Source: Cycas panzhihuaensis
Taxonomy: Eukaryota; Plantae; Cycadophyta
Direction: 5' to 3'
Assembly (NCBI GenBank): GCA_023213395.1
Contig: CM041465.1
Location: 67,401,741 to 67,465,740, forward strand
DNA: 64,000 nt
The first letter of the stretch is position 1; every line of letters starts with the position of its first letter. This document shows positions 26,086-39,783 of the stretch, piece after piece. A program made the position numbers and the translations under genes. The notes under the pieces were generated by a model that had not been told where the DNA came from, made no database searches, and was given only the letters and a program-made list of their open reading frames with translations.

Positions 26086-28776
26086 GATGGTAATAATAAT
26101 ATTTTTAACTTCTTTTTTTTTTTTACTTATTTTTTCTTTTTTTTTTTTTAACTTCTTTTCAATATTTATAGAAGAGAGGATTTAAGAATCACCTAATTAT
26201 AATATATCCCTTCTTAATGTAGTAAGTATTGGTCATTTTTAGTGAAACCAAAATGGGATAGGGGTAACTAAACTCCTCAAAGATCAAATTGTAGGGAACA
26301 AAAGAAAATCTAAATCACAATATCTTTAAACATATAAGAAAGGCAACTAAATAAGCATTCACCTTGAGAGTGTAAATAAAGTTAATCAAGGATTAACATA
26401 AAAAGAAAAGTAAATGATATAAGATGAAAAAGAAACTTCTAAGACAAAAGGAAAGGCCTATAAAGTAGATTAAATAATTAGAATAATAACTAAAGTTGAC
26501 AAAATAGATCTTATATCACAAATAACTATTAGGGATAAAATTAGAAGCCAAGGTTCACTTATGAGTTTGAAGCTCAAAGGAGAAGAAGTTGATGGATGGT
26601 GATAAAAAGATGCAATAGTCTTACATAGTTAATAGAATATCACTTAATAAGAGTAAGAGGAAACTAAAAGAATATAAAGAGTAATTAAAGAAAGAGATTA
26701 TCTATAATTTTAGCTCATTAGATAATATAACTTCTCAAGGCTATAGTTTATCCTTATTATAGAGATAGGATGTCCATCTAAGTGGATGGAGGGAATCTAC
26801 CATAGTTTATACTCTTTAGCAAATAAATCTCTTGGAGTCATAATTTATATTTATTACAAAGTTATTCTTAGAGTGTGCCTTAACTCTAAGTTAATATCAA
26901 CTATCTCTCTTATGATTATGGCATTTCCTTCTTAAAAATAAGGAGGATCAGTTTCTAATAAAGAAACACATTCATTAGATTGAGAATAAGTAGCTAGAGG
27001 TGAATTTGAATAAATTGATTTTGAAAAACATAACTTGTAATGATAAGAAAGAAGACTAGGTATAGAGCCAACCAAATGCTCAAGGATTACCTCATCATTC
27101 TTTAAATAGTCTAAATTGAAGAGATTATCAAGGATAATATTCTTTGATAAGGTATAAGGAGGATATTATGACTTAACAATTTAAGGACCATTAAATAAAA
27201 GATTTTGATGAGTTGGTAAAAACTCGATAATCAAATAGGCTTAGGTAAATAAGATTGGTTTACCATTAAAGTCCCAAGTTAAAGTGAAGACTTAATTAAA
27301 TTTGTTATAGTTAAAAGAATAATCATGATCAAATAGGATCATATAAACAAAAGATGATGAGGAGTCATCAATAGAATGATAAGAAAGAAGAGAAATAATT
27401 AAAAACAACTTAATCTCTTAAACTCCATCAGGTAAATTTTGATCTATTTAAGATGAAGTAGAGGATGAAACAACTTCATTGTTAGATATTAAATCTAGAT
27501 GCCTATATAATAATAACTTCTTTGGATGTCTATTAAGCCATGTGGTAAAGGGAGAAGATGAAAAAAATGGAATTGTCATAGGTGGTGATACATTATGTAG
27601 GGATGGATTCATATGTTCAGGTAGAGAAGTGGTTACATGAGGTGAAACCAAGACAACCCTAGATGAAGATAAATGCAAGATTTTAAAAAAATGACATTCA
27701 TTTGAAAGCAAAGGATATGAATTAGTTTCTTAAACTAAAGAATGTTCTTCATAAGACTAACTAAGATCTAATGTTTTTTTTCTTTAAAAAATTTAGACAT
27801 TTGAGTTAAACCAATGTAATAAGAAAAGAAGAAGGAGAACCTAGTTTAAAGGGAATGATTTCAACCATATCAACATCTTTTACTTCTCCTTGAGAAGAGG
27901 TAGTTACAATGGTGAAATATTATTCTAAACCTAAATATTAAAAAAGGTACTATAAAGGATTAAAGGGCTCACCAGGTTTAGCAACAGTCTCAATATGATG
28001 TATTGATCACTTGAGCAATTTAGGTCTATGCTTCATAATTTTTAATTCTTCCCGGTGAATGAACTAAAGTTTACCAAAACTAAAAGAGTAAACAGAAGCT
28101 ATTTAAGTGATTTAAGGCCTATCTAAAAGGATATTATACTCTAAATTAAGGTCAATCAAGGTTAATTCAATATAAATTATTTTACCTTCCAAGGTTAAAA
28201 ATAGAGTGACTTGACCAAGGGGAGTTTTCTTATTTTTATCATAACCTTAGTAAATCCATTTATAAGGATCAAAGATAGAAATATCTAAACCTTCAACTAG
28301 AGAAAGATGTTAAAAATATGAAGATACAATAATATAACCTCATGAGTATAAAATGTCAAACATGTAAAGTAAACATCATCAAACATAATCATAACAACAA
28401 GACACCAAGATTTATACATGGAAAACCTAATGCAGGAAAAACCACGAGAGAAGGTGGAGTTAAGACTCCACTTATGATCATAAGGATTATATGTTTCTCC
28501 TCTCTCATTTCTTTAATTCTCAAGTGGTGAGAGTACAAATATATAGTGATAATCACTTCATGAGTAGCCTATCACATACAATGAGCCATTACATCATCTA
28601 ATGGTGGGATAACATAGATATATATACATCTCACATATCTCAAAGTTGGTGAATGGTGGGACGTGCATGTGTACAATGGACCCACATTGAACATTATGTT
28701 TTAACATCCCCCATAATGTTTAATGTCCTTGAATCTTAATCTTGGGTCTTCATATCTTCATCTTGTATGCTAGCAC

Positions 28777-28925
28777 CTGTAACTATCACCTATATCTTGT
28801 ATGCAGCATCACTTGTAACATGTATCCTATAACCCATTTCCTGTATCCTATATCTTGTAACTTGTTTCTTGTATTCTATACCCTGTAACTTGTTTCCTGT
28901 ATTTTGTATCCTGTAATCTTGTATT
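28777..28925. repeat. Degenerate 7-bp-period tandem repeat (CCTGTAA/CTTGTAT-like), array 1
   Basis: Repeating cctgtaa/cttgtat/cttgttt units. Confidence 0.75.
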
Positions 28926-29466
28926 CCTTCTCCTCTCTCCTTTCTCTAGTTCTCAAGTGGTGAGAGTACAAATATATAGTGATAATCACTTCATGAGTAG
29001 CCTATCACATACAATGAGTCGTTACATCATCTAATAGTAGGATAGCATGGATATGTGTACATCTCACATATCTCGAAGTAGGTGAATGGTGGGAAGTGCA
29101 TGTGTACAATGGACCCACATTGAACATTATGTTTTAACATCTTGTTGTAAGGAAACTCTTCTTTCTCACGTAATCCTGTATTCTTTCTCCTCTCTCCTTT
29201 CTTTAGTTCTCAAGTGGTGAGAGTACAAATATATAATGATTATCACTTCATGAGTAGCCTATCAAACATAATGAGCCACTACATCATATAATGGTGGGAT
29301 AACATAGATATATATACATCTCACATATCTTGAAGTAGGTAAATGGTAGGAAGTACATGTGTACAATGGACCCACATTGAACATTATGTTCTAACACCCC
29401 CTCATAATGTTTAATGTCCTTGAATCTTGATCTTGGGTCTTCATGTCTTCATCTTGTATGATGACA

Positions 29467-29660
29467 CCTGTAACTTGTAACTATCACATGTATCCTATGG
29501 GCAGTATCACTTGTAACCTGTATCCTATAACCTATTTCCTATATTATGTATCCTGTAACCTGTTTCTTGTATTCTGTATTCCTATAACTTATTTCCTATA
29601 TTCTATATCTTGTAACTTATTTCCTGTATCATGTATCATGTAACCTATTTCTTGTATATT
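29467..29660. repeat. Degenerate 7-bp-period tandem repeat, array 2
   Basis: Same unit as array 1, following the second PPT. Confidence 0.75.
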
Positions 29661-31649
29661 ATAGGTGAATTCATCACACTGTATAGCTTGAGAAGAGCTT
29701 CTATATTAATCACCAAAATCATCTGTAACCTGTAAAAGACCTGTAACTATATGCTCTCTCTCTAAACATATATATGAAGTGTTTTGTGTACATCTTCATA
29801 TCTTCACCTATGTGGTGGCTATTTTCAATCTACATTAAGTTGTCCATCAAATCAAGCAAAGTGATATCTGAGTCTATATAAAACAAAATCCATCTACTAA
29901 AATATATGGGTGATCAACCATTGTAATTGCTAGTTTACTAAGAAATTACTTTAAATACGCGATTCATCTTATTTCCAAATTACTTGTAGGACTTTCATAT
30001 TGTTAACAAGGTGTTATATAGGCCTACTTCCTACTATTAATGGGTTATCTTCATATGGGCTAATTTGAGTACCTACATGCTTTGAATATAGGCGCCAACA
30101 TGTATGAATAAAATATCCACATAAAATCACATATAGACATACTATCAGTATCAATTGTGTCTCATGTATGCGACTTGATAGGCTTGAAGTAGATCAGTAG
30201 GATCTTCACCTCACCATAGCGGCTTAGATGTAACACTGCTCTGATACTATGTTAAAAATATGAAGATGCAAGAATATAAACTCATGAGTATAAAACATCA
30301 AGCATGTAAAGTAAACATCATCAAACATAATCATCACCACAAGACACTAAGATTTGTACATGGAAAACCTAATGTAGGAAAAACCATGGGAGAAGGTGGA
30401 GTTAGGAATCCACTTATGATCATAAGGATTACATCTTTCTCCTCTCTCCTTTCTCTAGTTCTCAAGTGGTGATAGTACAAATATATAGTGATAATAGTGA
30501 GTAGTCTATCACATATAATAAGTCATTACATCATCCAATGGTGGGATAGCATGGATATATATACATTTCACATATCTTAAAGTAGGTGAACGATGAGAAG
30601 TGCATGTGTACAATGGACCCACATTGAACATTATGTTTTAACAAAAGAGGGATAATGTTAATAAATAAATCCTCATCAATGATAACACATCAAATATTTA
30701 TGTTATCCTTGATGATTTTAATATAAAACAAGGGAATATCATTAGGAGCATGGTTAATTTAAGAAGATAATATAGCTAAGTCAAAGGAAAGGACAAAACA
30801 AAATGATCTAACAAAGGCATACACTTCTAATGTATCAAATAAAAGTTGCAATTGCTTGGGGAAATACTTTAGTAAATTACTAACTGATATGCTAGCACAA
30901 ATAGTCTTGAACTCATCAACCAAAAAAATTGATCCATCCTTTAAACTAAAAAGAATGGATTAAAACTTGATAAGATGAGGGGGAATAAGAGGCCAAAAGT
31001 CACGATTTTTAGTCATTAAATCATTAAATGATTTAGAAGGACCTGAATTCTTTGTACTTTCCACCATATTTAGAGTTCCTTTACTTTCACCACCTTTAAG
31101 AGTTGTGTAATTTTGGTTATTAGTACACTTTGTTGAGGGAATAGAGGTAGGTAATTTCTTCAATGAATGAGGGTTAGAAGTTTCACCTTCGATACTTTCT
31201 ATCTATTTTTCCTTACTTTTCTTGCCTTTCTCTTCTTTATAATCATGTTGAGGTAATGGGTCTTTATGAATCAATTAATCTTGAGAAGATTTAGAAGTTT
31301 GATTTATTTGATTAGTAGTCTTTCGATTCATTGCCTGAACCATGTGACATTGACTCCTATCATGGGCATTAATTTAGTAAAAAGAGCACCATTTAGTCTT
31401 CCTAATAGGAGGAGAGGGTATATATTAGTTTTGTCATTTTCAACCCTCAATAAAGTGAATAACCTTTTCTTCTTATCTAGGTGGATTAGGAGAAGAGTCA
31501 TCAATATATAACTTAAAATTGATTACACACTCTAATGATCTAATTGAAGAAGTTAAGTGATAATAAGTTGGTTTAGAATGAGATGATTTAGGTGCTTGAA
31601 CTAATTCTTTTAAAGGAATCAATTTACCAACTTTCTCAATGCCCACTTA

Positions 31650-32200
31650 CATTTAAAATATATATAAAGTAAGGCATTGATTAATAGCTTCATCATATGT
31701 TTAAGGACCTACCTTGAGTACCGCAAGATGGACATGAGATCTTAAAGCATTAATAAATAAGTCAAAAAGAGGATTAGAATCTAATTGGAAGTGGCATATA
31801 TGAACTTGGTCTTGAAATCTTCTCACAAAATCTCTTAAAATTTAATCATGATTATGTTTAATAGCTAATAGTGATTTAATCCTGGATTTAAAAGGTCTTA
31901 CAATATCAAGGTAATTAATAAAAGAATTTACTAGTTATTAGAATGAAATGATGGAGTTAGAATAAAGGTAATAATGTCACTTCAAAGCTTTGCCTTAAAG
32001 TGATTTACAAAATAATCACATTATGACATAATTATATGGCATGAAGTTAGTACATACAAACATAAATACTTGTATATAGGATGTTAGATCTTAAGAAGAT
32101 TCACCTAAGAACTTGGGAAGTTCAAGTAGGAATGAACGCAGGGGAAATAATAGGACCTCTTATGGAAAAATAGACTTCATATAATCCAAGAAAGATTTCC
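31650..32200 (-). pseudogene. T1 gag (Retrotrans_gag) remnant
   Basis: LELPKFLGESS*DLTSYIQVF...LFCKSL*GKALK*HYYLYSNSIISF**LVNSF...LRDFVRRF. Confidence 0.8.
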
Positions 32201-33450
32201 TTAGTCTCAATGTTGTAGAATGTTGAGACAAGGATGAAGGTTGAGGAATTGAAGAGGAAGTGGGCTATCATTCATAGGAAGTAGGACAAGTTAGGAGAAA
32301 TTGAGTAGGATTAAACCATATTACTGGATTATCTATTGAATTATTTTAAGGTATAGGAACTTAAGGAAATGTGGGATTAAGATTATAAGTCAAATTATAC
32401 TATATAAATAGATTGGGAATATAAGATGAGTAAGAAGGATTAACTATTAAAATGGCCTAGAATTAAGTGGAAGCAACCTAAGAATGAATAATTTAAAGGT
32501 TAGAGGTAGGATTAAATGATGGAATAGGATTATTTGGTCTAGGAGAAGGAGATATAAGCCTAACTCATTGAGGAATAATCCCATGTATAAGCACTTATTA
32601 ATGAGCGTAAGAAGGAATAAAAGCATATTACATAGAAATTACCTTTCCTAAGTTTGAAGAGTTGGTCTAAGTATCAAAGTTCATGAACTAACACGGTCAA
32701 AGATAAGAGCATGATAAGAAATATGATTCTCTTAGGTGAGTGATTTAATAGGTTTCGAATGTGTATAAGACGTAACAAGAGGAGGACAATTTTTCTTGTA
32801 TGAGAAATAAGATGAAATGTAAGGCTATGAATGAATAGATATATTATCTTTTGCTTCTTAGTAAGGAGAAGAGGATGGTCTTAGAGTAAGCAGGTGAGAT
32901 GGTAAAGAAGAGTGAGTCACCTTAGGAGTACCAAATAGCTTATCCTATATTAATACATATTCCTTAAAAAGTGGATTAAACAAATGATGATGGGGTGAAG
33001 TAGACATGGTATTAGTGTTAGGGTAGAAAAGGCCAAAATAACTAGGAATATAGATAAGAGAAGGAACTCCATTTAGAATGGGATCAAGGTAAGATAAAGA
33101 TGCTTGAAGAAAATAGGTTCCTTCTTAAACAATAGTAGAGGTAGGAAAGGGAATACTACTAATAAACTAAGAAGGTATTTTAGAGTAGGCTTGCTTAATA
33201 GACACTCCATATAATTGGTCTGATTCCTCATATAGATACAAATAGGTATCATGTACTTTACATTTAGAAAGATCTTCATGAGTAGATGAAACTTCCTCAA
33301 TAAAGTGGATATGTTAAGGTCCAACGTCTAGTGAAAAACCTTACAGTCTCAACAACCTCCTTTGATGAGATAAAGGGGTTATTTCCATTGTTTAAAAGTA
33401 TATGATCAATAAAAACAAAAGTCAACTCCCTATTATGTTTGCCAAAAGGA

Positions 33451-36400
33451 TGGTTATTTGAGAAATAGTCTAGACGAAGTACCTCTAAATAACTTTATAT
33501 TTCTTTCATTTATAATGAATATCATGAGATATATCAACCTATAGGAAACCTAGAACCAACTTTGACCAACTCTTAAGAAGAAGTCTCTACTTGGTTGTGT
33601 TATATGCTTAGAAGTGATGAAAGATAAAAGGCTAGGATATGTGAACAACACTTGATGAAGGAATATACTAGCCTACACAATTAAGTAGACGAGATCTAAG
33701 TTTGGAGTTACACTGATAATGCTTTTATTTTATTTTCTTATTTTTTGTTATTCTTTTCCTTATATTTTTCAACATTTTAAGTTTATCCAATTAAAGAAAA
33801 TACTAAAACAAAGAACAATTTGATCATACACTTGCAAAAAATAACAAAAAAAGACTAATAAATTTAAAGAAAATCACTCTTCAAATCAAATAAAGAAATA
33901 GAAAATCATACTGACTCGCTCTTTTAAAATGAAATATTTCCAACAAATTAAAGAAACTAATTTAAAATCTTCAAATAAACTTCTATTTCAAATAGAAAGA
34001 TACAAGAAATAAATATTTTTAAAGGAAATCTTTCATACATACCTAGAAACTGAAGGTTGAAGTAGTATAAAACTCCTTCTAAAATTCTTCTTCTTGCATA
34101 TACGATCTTTGATGAATTTTATAATTTTTCAATAATAGAACAACTCTAAATAAAGGAAATAAGCTAAAAATTTAACATGCAAAGTATAAACTTAATATAC
34201 AACCTTAAAATCCACTTAAACAACCCATGAAAGATGAAATACAATGTGTGGATTCTCCATGCAAGTAAGAACTTATGTCATACATCTCATTAAGAAGTTG
34301 GATTAGGAACATGAAAAGATTTCACCATTGATTCAATAACATATAACCATAAAATTGTTGAATCAATTCTAGTTTTTATAAAAGAAAAGAGTAAATAAGA
34401 TGCATACAAAGTTTATTCCCTTTATTCTTTTTCTAATTGTGCATCTTCTAGAAGAAGAAGAAGGGAAAAAAATAAAGAACTAAGGAAAGTAAACTATATA
34501 ATCACAAGACTGTATATAATTATATGTGTGCCTTAGCATAGTAATCTTCCCCATATTGACCAATCTTTCACCAATTTTTCCTTTTATATAGGTAGCAAAA
34601 GGAGAAATTTGTGAAGAAACCACTAAAACTAGCACCAAACTAGAAAAAATGAGACAAAAACCTATTGAAAATCTTAACTGCTATAGAGAATGGGAGGGAA
34701 AAGCTATAAAATATGATAAATAGGTAGATCTCTCTTCTTTATAGCAATTCCCTATGATCCCACAATGGGATAATATTTCAAGCAAGATTAATCTAAGAAA
34801 AATTAAGGAACAATAAGAATTAAAGCCAAGATTGAGAAGATAGTATAAAGAAGGCACAATATAACAAGTAACCATTTTAAAAAAAATTAAAAACAGTGAT
34901 AGAAAAACATTACCAAACTTATAATAAAATAGTTGAAGCTTAAATAAAGACTTTGTATATGATAAACATCTCAATAAATCTTATAAAATAGAGTTAAATA
35001 GTAGCTGTAGTAATATCTCTAAGTCTCTTGATTCTTGATTCTCCTATTTTCCACTTCCTTTTTCTCTTTTCTTAAAAGATACAACCATGAAACCCATAAT
35101 AATTCACTCTCTAATCAATTCTCTAGGGTTTTGAGGGTTTCTAGGTAAGAAAAGAGGAGTTACCATGAAATTTAAGTAAAAATATGTGAAAAGTAAAGAA
35201 AAAATGACATGTTTGATTAAAAACATTGCATGCATAGTAGTCAGAAATTTGATTTTCTACATAAAATGCAATAGATTATATTTTATATACAATGAAAAAC
35301 ATCACTTTGTACATAAAATGTAATTAATTACATTTTTGGAAATACTCAAAAAATCATAATAAAATAAAATGACAAATAAAGTTTAGAAACTTAAAGTATT
35401 ACCAAAAACTGAAGTAAAATGACTTCATCAAAGATAAAGAGTATCTCAGAAGAAGTGAGAAATTAACCACAATCCTAAAAAATATTAAAAATTGATAGCC
35501 ATAGGATAAGAATAAGAGAGAAAGATGGAAATAAGATGTTAAAATACTTCAGGATAAAAAAAATCATGTGCCACTAATTTAATATCATGCTAAACTATCA
35601 TAATACTGTAATCGATAAGCAAATAAGAATAGAGCAATGAAATAGCAAAGAACATGGGTGAATTTATCACCACATGAAGCTCAATTTGGGCAGATTTTTT
35701 GCATAAATCTTAAGATAATATATAATATAATGGTGAGGGACTTAATTTATAAGCAACCTGTCAATATTTTGAGTAATAAAATTGGCTGACTAAGCGGTAT
35801 ATATGGCAGACCCAACCATATTATATAATGAGATTAAATTATAACAAGGATCACCTTAATATTATAATATGAATATAATATTACATAAACATAAAGAAAT
35901 GAGGATGTTAGTACATAGTTTTAACACCCTCCTTTAGTACTAGCTTCATTTCTTTTAATGGCAAGGTTATGTCAAAACTATTCAAACTTTAGTGAAAATG
36001 TCCATAACCTGGTCCTGAGTTGGTCAGTAGACGAGATCAACTTCTCCATTTTGAACATGCGCATGGATAAAGTGGTGATGGACCTCAATGTACTTGGTTC
36101 TAGTATCAAATATAGGATTCTTCATAATCTTCAACATACTTTGATTTTTACAATAGAGGATAGTAGGTGTATATTGTTGAAGTCCAAGCTTAACGAGAAT
36201 CCTTTGAAGCCAAATCAACTTTATTATAGCATGGACAACAATTTTATATTTTACGTAAGTAGAATAAAGGGCTACATTTGGATACTTATTATAGATCCAT
36301 GAGATTATAATTAGGTTTATGTCAAAGCAATAACCTGTAGTTGAATGGTGAGTGTCTTGATAATCGACCCAATCAATATTTATATATCCCTTTAGGATGG

Positions 36401-39400
36401 GAGAGTCAGTTTGATTGTATTCAAGGCTAAATTGATATTTGCCATAGATATATTTGAGGATCCTAGTGGAAGCTTTAAAATAGGATGCCTTGGGTTATGA
36501 TATATACCTAGAGCATATTTCAACTACATATGAGATGTTTAGATGAGTGTGGGTGAGATAGATGAGGTTCCCAACTAACTACCAATTCAAAGTAGGATCA
36601 AAAAGATTTCCTTGTTCATCCAGGTTTGGCTTACTTCCTATTTCTATAGGAATTAGAGTAGGCTTATATTCTATCATCTTAAATCTATGTAGGAGCTCAT
36701 TGACATATTTTGTTTAAGTTAAGAAATATATTGCCTAATTCTAGCCAAACTTCAATTCTAAGGAAGTAATAGAACAACCTAAGATCTATCATCTTAAAGT
36801 AGTTTTTCAATTCTGATTGAAGCTAAGCAATGACTTATGTGTCATTTCTAATGATTATGAGATCATCTACATGGAGAATTATGATTGTAATCAAATTATC
36901 TCTAATCTGAATATAGAAATATGGATTAGAGGGTGAATGATTAAAGTTATATTGGTTAAAGAAGGTATCTATCTTTATATACCAGGCATATGATACCTAT
37001 TTGAATCTATATACAGCTTTCTTGAGCTTGCATACTAAGTGTTCTTATTCTAAACAGCATAGCTGGGAGGTTACTTTAAGAAAATCTCTTCTTTAAGATC
37101 TCCATTGAAGAAAGCACTCTTTACATCTATTTGGCTACTAAAGATATAACAAAATAGAATGTGGTCATATTATCCATGAGTACAAAGGTTTCATCATAGT
37201 TAGTTCTTTCCTATTGTTTGAAATCTTTTGCTACAAGATGAGCTTTATGATACTCAATGATGCCATTTGAATGAAGTTTTATCTTATACAACCATTTATA
37301 ATTAATTTATCTCTTCCCAGGTGACAGTTTAATCAGCTCCCAAGTATTATTTTTAATGTTAGATTTAATTTATTCATCTATAACTAGTTTCTATGTTTGG
37401 TCTTTGATTACCTTCTCAAATGTAGAAGGCTCTAGTATTTCTAGGACACATGCCATTAGAGTAAAATTTATGAAGTGTCTCATTTTTAGGGTCTTTTGTT
37501 AATTGTAGGAGGAAGAGGAGCATCCTTTATTAACTATTGAACCTACTTAGTAGGTGGTTGAATACTAGTGGCTTTCACCTGAAGGTCACCAAATGAAACC
37601 AGAGGCAAGGTTGTGCTTGCTTATGTTGTTGATGTAAAGACTATTGGGATCAATAACAGACCTAGAGTGTAGGAAGAGGCTAGTACTCATGACTCCTAAA
37701 TTTGTCCAAGAGCCACTTGAGATGTACTAACTTCATCTATAGCTATAATCTAAGGTTGAAGTAGAGTTAGATCTTGTGTATCTTCAACAAATATAAACTT
37801 AGTTCCTAACCATGTCAAACACTTTGTATGCTTTATAACTAGGTATATAACCAAGGATGATGCATTTCAATTTTTTTTCATTAAACTTCCTTTTGTTGTC
37901 CTTTAAAATAAGTTTGTAGAATATACATAAACAAATCTTCAAGTGTGCTACTATCAGTTTCTTATCTAACCAAGCTTCTAAAGAGTAATATTCCTAACTG
38001 TAACCATAGGACTTATGTTAGTTAGGTAAGCACTTGTAGCTATGGCAACCTAAAATCTGGTGGCAAGGTTGGTTGCACTAAGCATGGCTTTCCCTTTGTT
38101 CACCAATGTTTAGTTCATCCTTTTAACTACATCATTTTGTTGTCATGTCTGAGGTGCTGAGAATTATCATTATATGCCATGTTCCTTATAAAAGTTATTG
38201 AACTAATTTGAGATATACTTAGTAATATTATCTAATCTAAGGGTTTTAATTGTTGTGTCACTTTTATTTTTAATAGCATCTTTAAACTCTTTGAATTTGT
38301 CTAGGGCTTGGTACTTATTTCTCAAAAAATAGACCCATACTTTTCTAAAGAAGTCATCTATGAATGTAATGAAACATAAGCTTCCATTGAGTTATTGGGT
38401 TATTATAGGTCTACAAATGTTTGAATGGACCAACTCTAAAGGAATATTTCTCTCTGCTACTTTCCCTTTATGCAAGCCTCATATATGTTATTGTATCTCT
38501 TAATTTTAGGTAAACCATGTACCATTTAGAGCCTAAATATGAGGTTCAAGTTTTAAATATTTAAATGACTAAGGCATTGATACCATGATTAGTCTTTTGA
38601 GCTATTTGAGATGAAAATGTTCTTTGAATATGAGTATTCACTTGGTTCCTAGATGCAAGGGGACTCTTCAACAATTACTTCCTTCCCCTTATCAAGTTGA
38701 GCTATATTGGCCATTGAGCAGAATTCATTTTGTGGAGTGGTGGGAAGGGGTACATCATTCAACCTATATAAGTTACCATCTTCATATACTATGGCCATAA
38801 GTTTACCTATTATATGACTTGTGATTTTACAAATGCCTTGACTAAAGAGGACATTTAGATTCTGCTTATCTATTTGGCTGATAGAGAATAGGTCCATTTT
38901 CATTCCTAGTATAAGGAACACATTATTGATGATGCCCAATACTGAAATCTTTCAAGGCTATTAGATCCCTATTAATTTTGGTCATATCATAAGTTAGATT
39001 ATCACCAAATATGACTATTTAGGTATTGATAGGGTATGTCTCTTCTAACATCATTTTTTAAACTAGTCATGTGTCTAGTTACATCAGAGTCTAAGAGCTA
39101 AGAATTCTCATCAAGTTGTAAATAAAGAGCTACAAAGAATAGGTTATAAGAGGAGCAATCATGATTGTTTTCCTATTACCTCCTTATTTATGAATATTTT
39201 ATTTATTCCAATGATTTCTATATTTTATTTATTTTCTCTATGGGATAAAATTATTAATGCCATTAAGTTTAATATTATTGGATAGTAATATTTGTGATGC
39301 CATAATTCTGAGTACGTTTGTTTTGATTTTATGTCTTTAAAAGTTGTGTAATTAGGTACTAATCTACTTAGGGAGTTACTAATCTAGATTTCTAAATTTC

Positions 39401-39783
39401 AAGGGTCTCTAAGAAAGTTCTTAGTTACTATCTTGTCTAGTGGTGTCCACCCATATATAGCAAACCAGGGACCTAGTTAGAACACAAGTAGTATTTTAAA
39501 AGTAAAAAGTAGATTAGAATGACTTAAGAAAAGATTTTGATACTATAGTTTTATTCAGCAATACATGGAAGACATAATAATACATTGATCATCATTCAAA
39601 CATTAATCATTATCAATATTTACATTTTAGTTATCCAAAATCATATCAAATTCAATTAAAAGCATAATATGATATTCTATACATTGAATACAATCTCATT
39701 TAACAAGCAAATACACCCATGATCGAGTAAATCAATCAATAAGATGGATGGAAATCAATCAAGGGCCAGATTTTGGTGAAACA
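33451..39783 (-). repeat. T1 5' LTR, interrupted at 35537-39484
   Basis: Matches the 3' LTR on both sides of the insert. Confidence 0.8.
35537..39140 (-). mobile_element. Truncated Ty1/Copia element (3' LTR plus PR-INT-RT-RH), family C copy 1
   Basis: LTR 35537-35926; PPT ccctcctt; RNase H (TRTKYIEVHHHFI), RT, INT and PR remnants colinear with 49400-53089; gag and 5' LTR missing. Confidence 0.88.

Larger units (their letters stand above)
28308..30643 (-). mobile_element. TRIM-like non-autonomous LTR element with two extra internal half-LTRs
   Basis: LTRs 28308-28706 and 30250-30643 (TGTT...AACA); PBS gctctgatacta at 30238-30249; PPTs at 28707 and 29397; half-LTRs at 28928-29139 and ~29184-29396; perfect TSD AAAGA; no ORF of note. 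Confidence 0.92.
28100..30800 (-). pseudogene. T1 aspartic protease remnant, split by the TRIM insertion
   Basis: With the TRIM removed, the sequence reads CVIIDEDLFINIIPL...GYDKNKKTPLGQVTL...LEYNILLDRP (retropepsin DxGS and LLGRPW motifs). Confidence 0.75.
13825..39783 (-). mobile_element. T1: Ty3/Gypsy Tat-like LTR element with ~2.35-kb LTRs (gag-PR-aRH, no RT/INT seen)
   Basis: 3' LTR 13825-16177 followed by reverse-complement PPT ttttccccctt; 5' LTR 33451-35536 + ~39485-39783; both LTRs end gtgaaaca; degenerate TGGC..GGGAG-type PBS at ~33423-33444; TSD ccctt/ctctt. Confidence 0.8.

Noticed and set aside
28308-28706. Cassandra-type TRIM with 5S rRNA in the LTR
   Set aside because: No 5S A/C-box similarity seen.
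28707-29660. Repeat-spacer-like structure suggesting a CRISPR array
   Set aside because: The units are ~210-bp LTR halves and 7-bp degenerate tandem repeats; there are no unique spacers or cas genes, and the context is eukaryotic.
30085-30140. Possible CCHC zinc knuckle (CLYVILCGYFIHTCW) in the TRIM internal region
   Set aside because: Two ligand positions are wrong and the homologous E1 block does not keep the frame.
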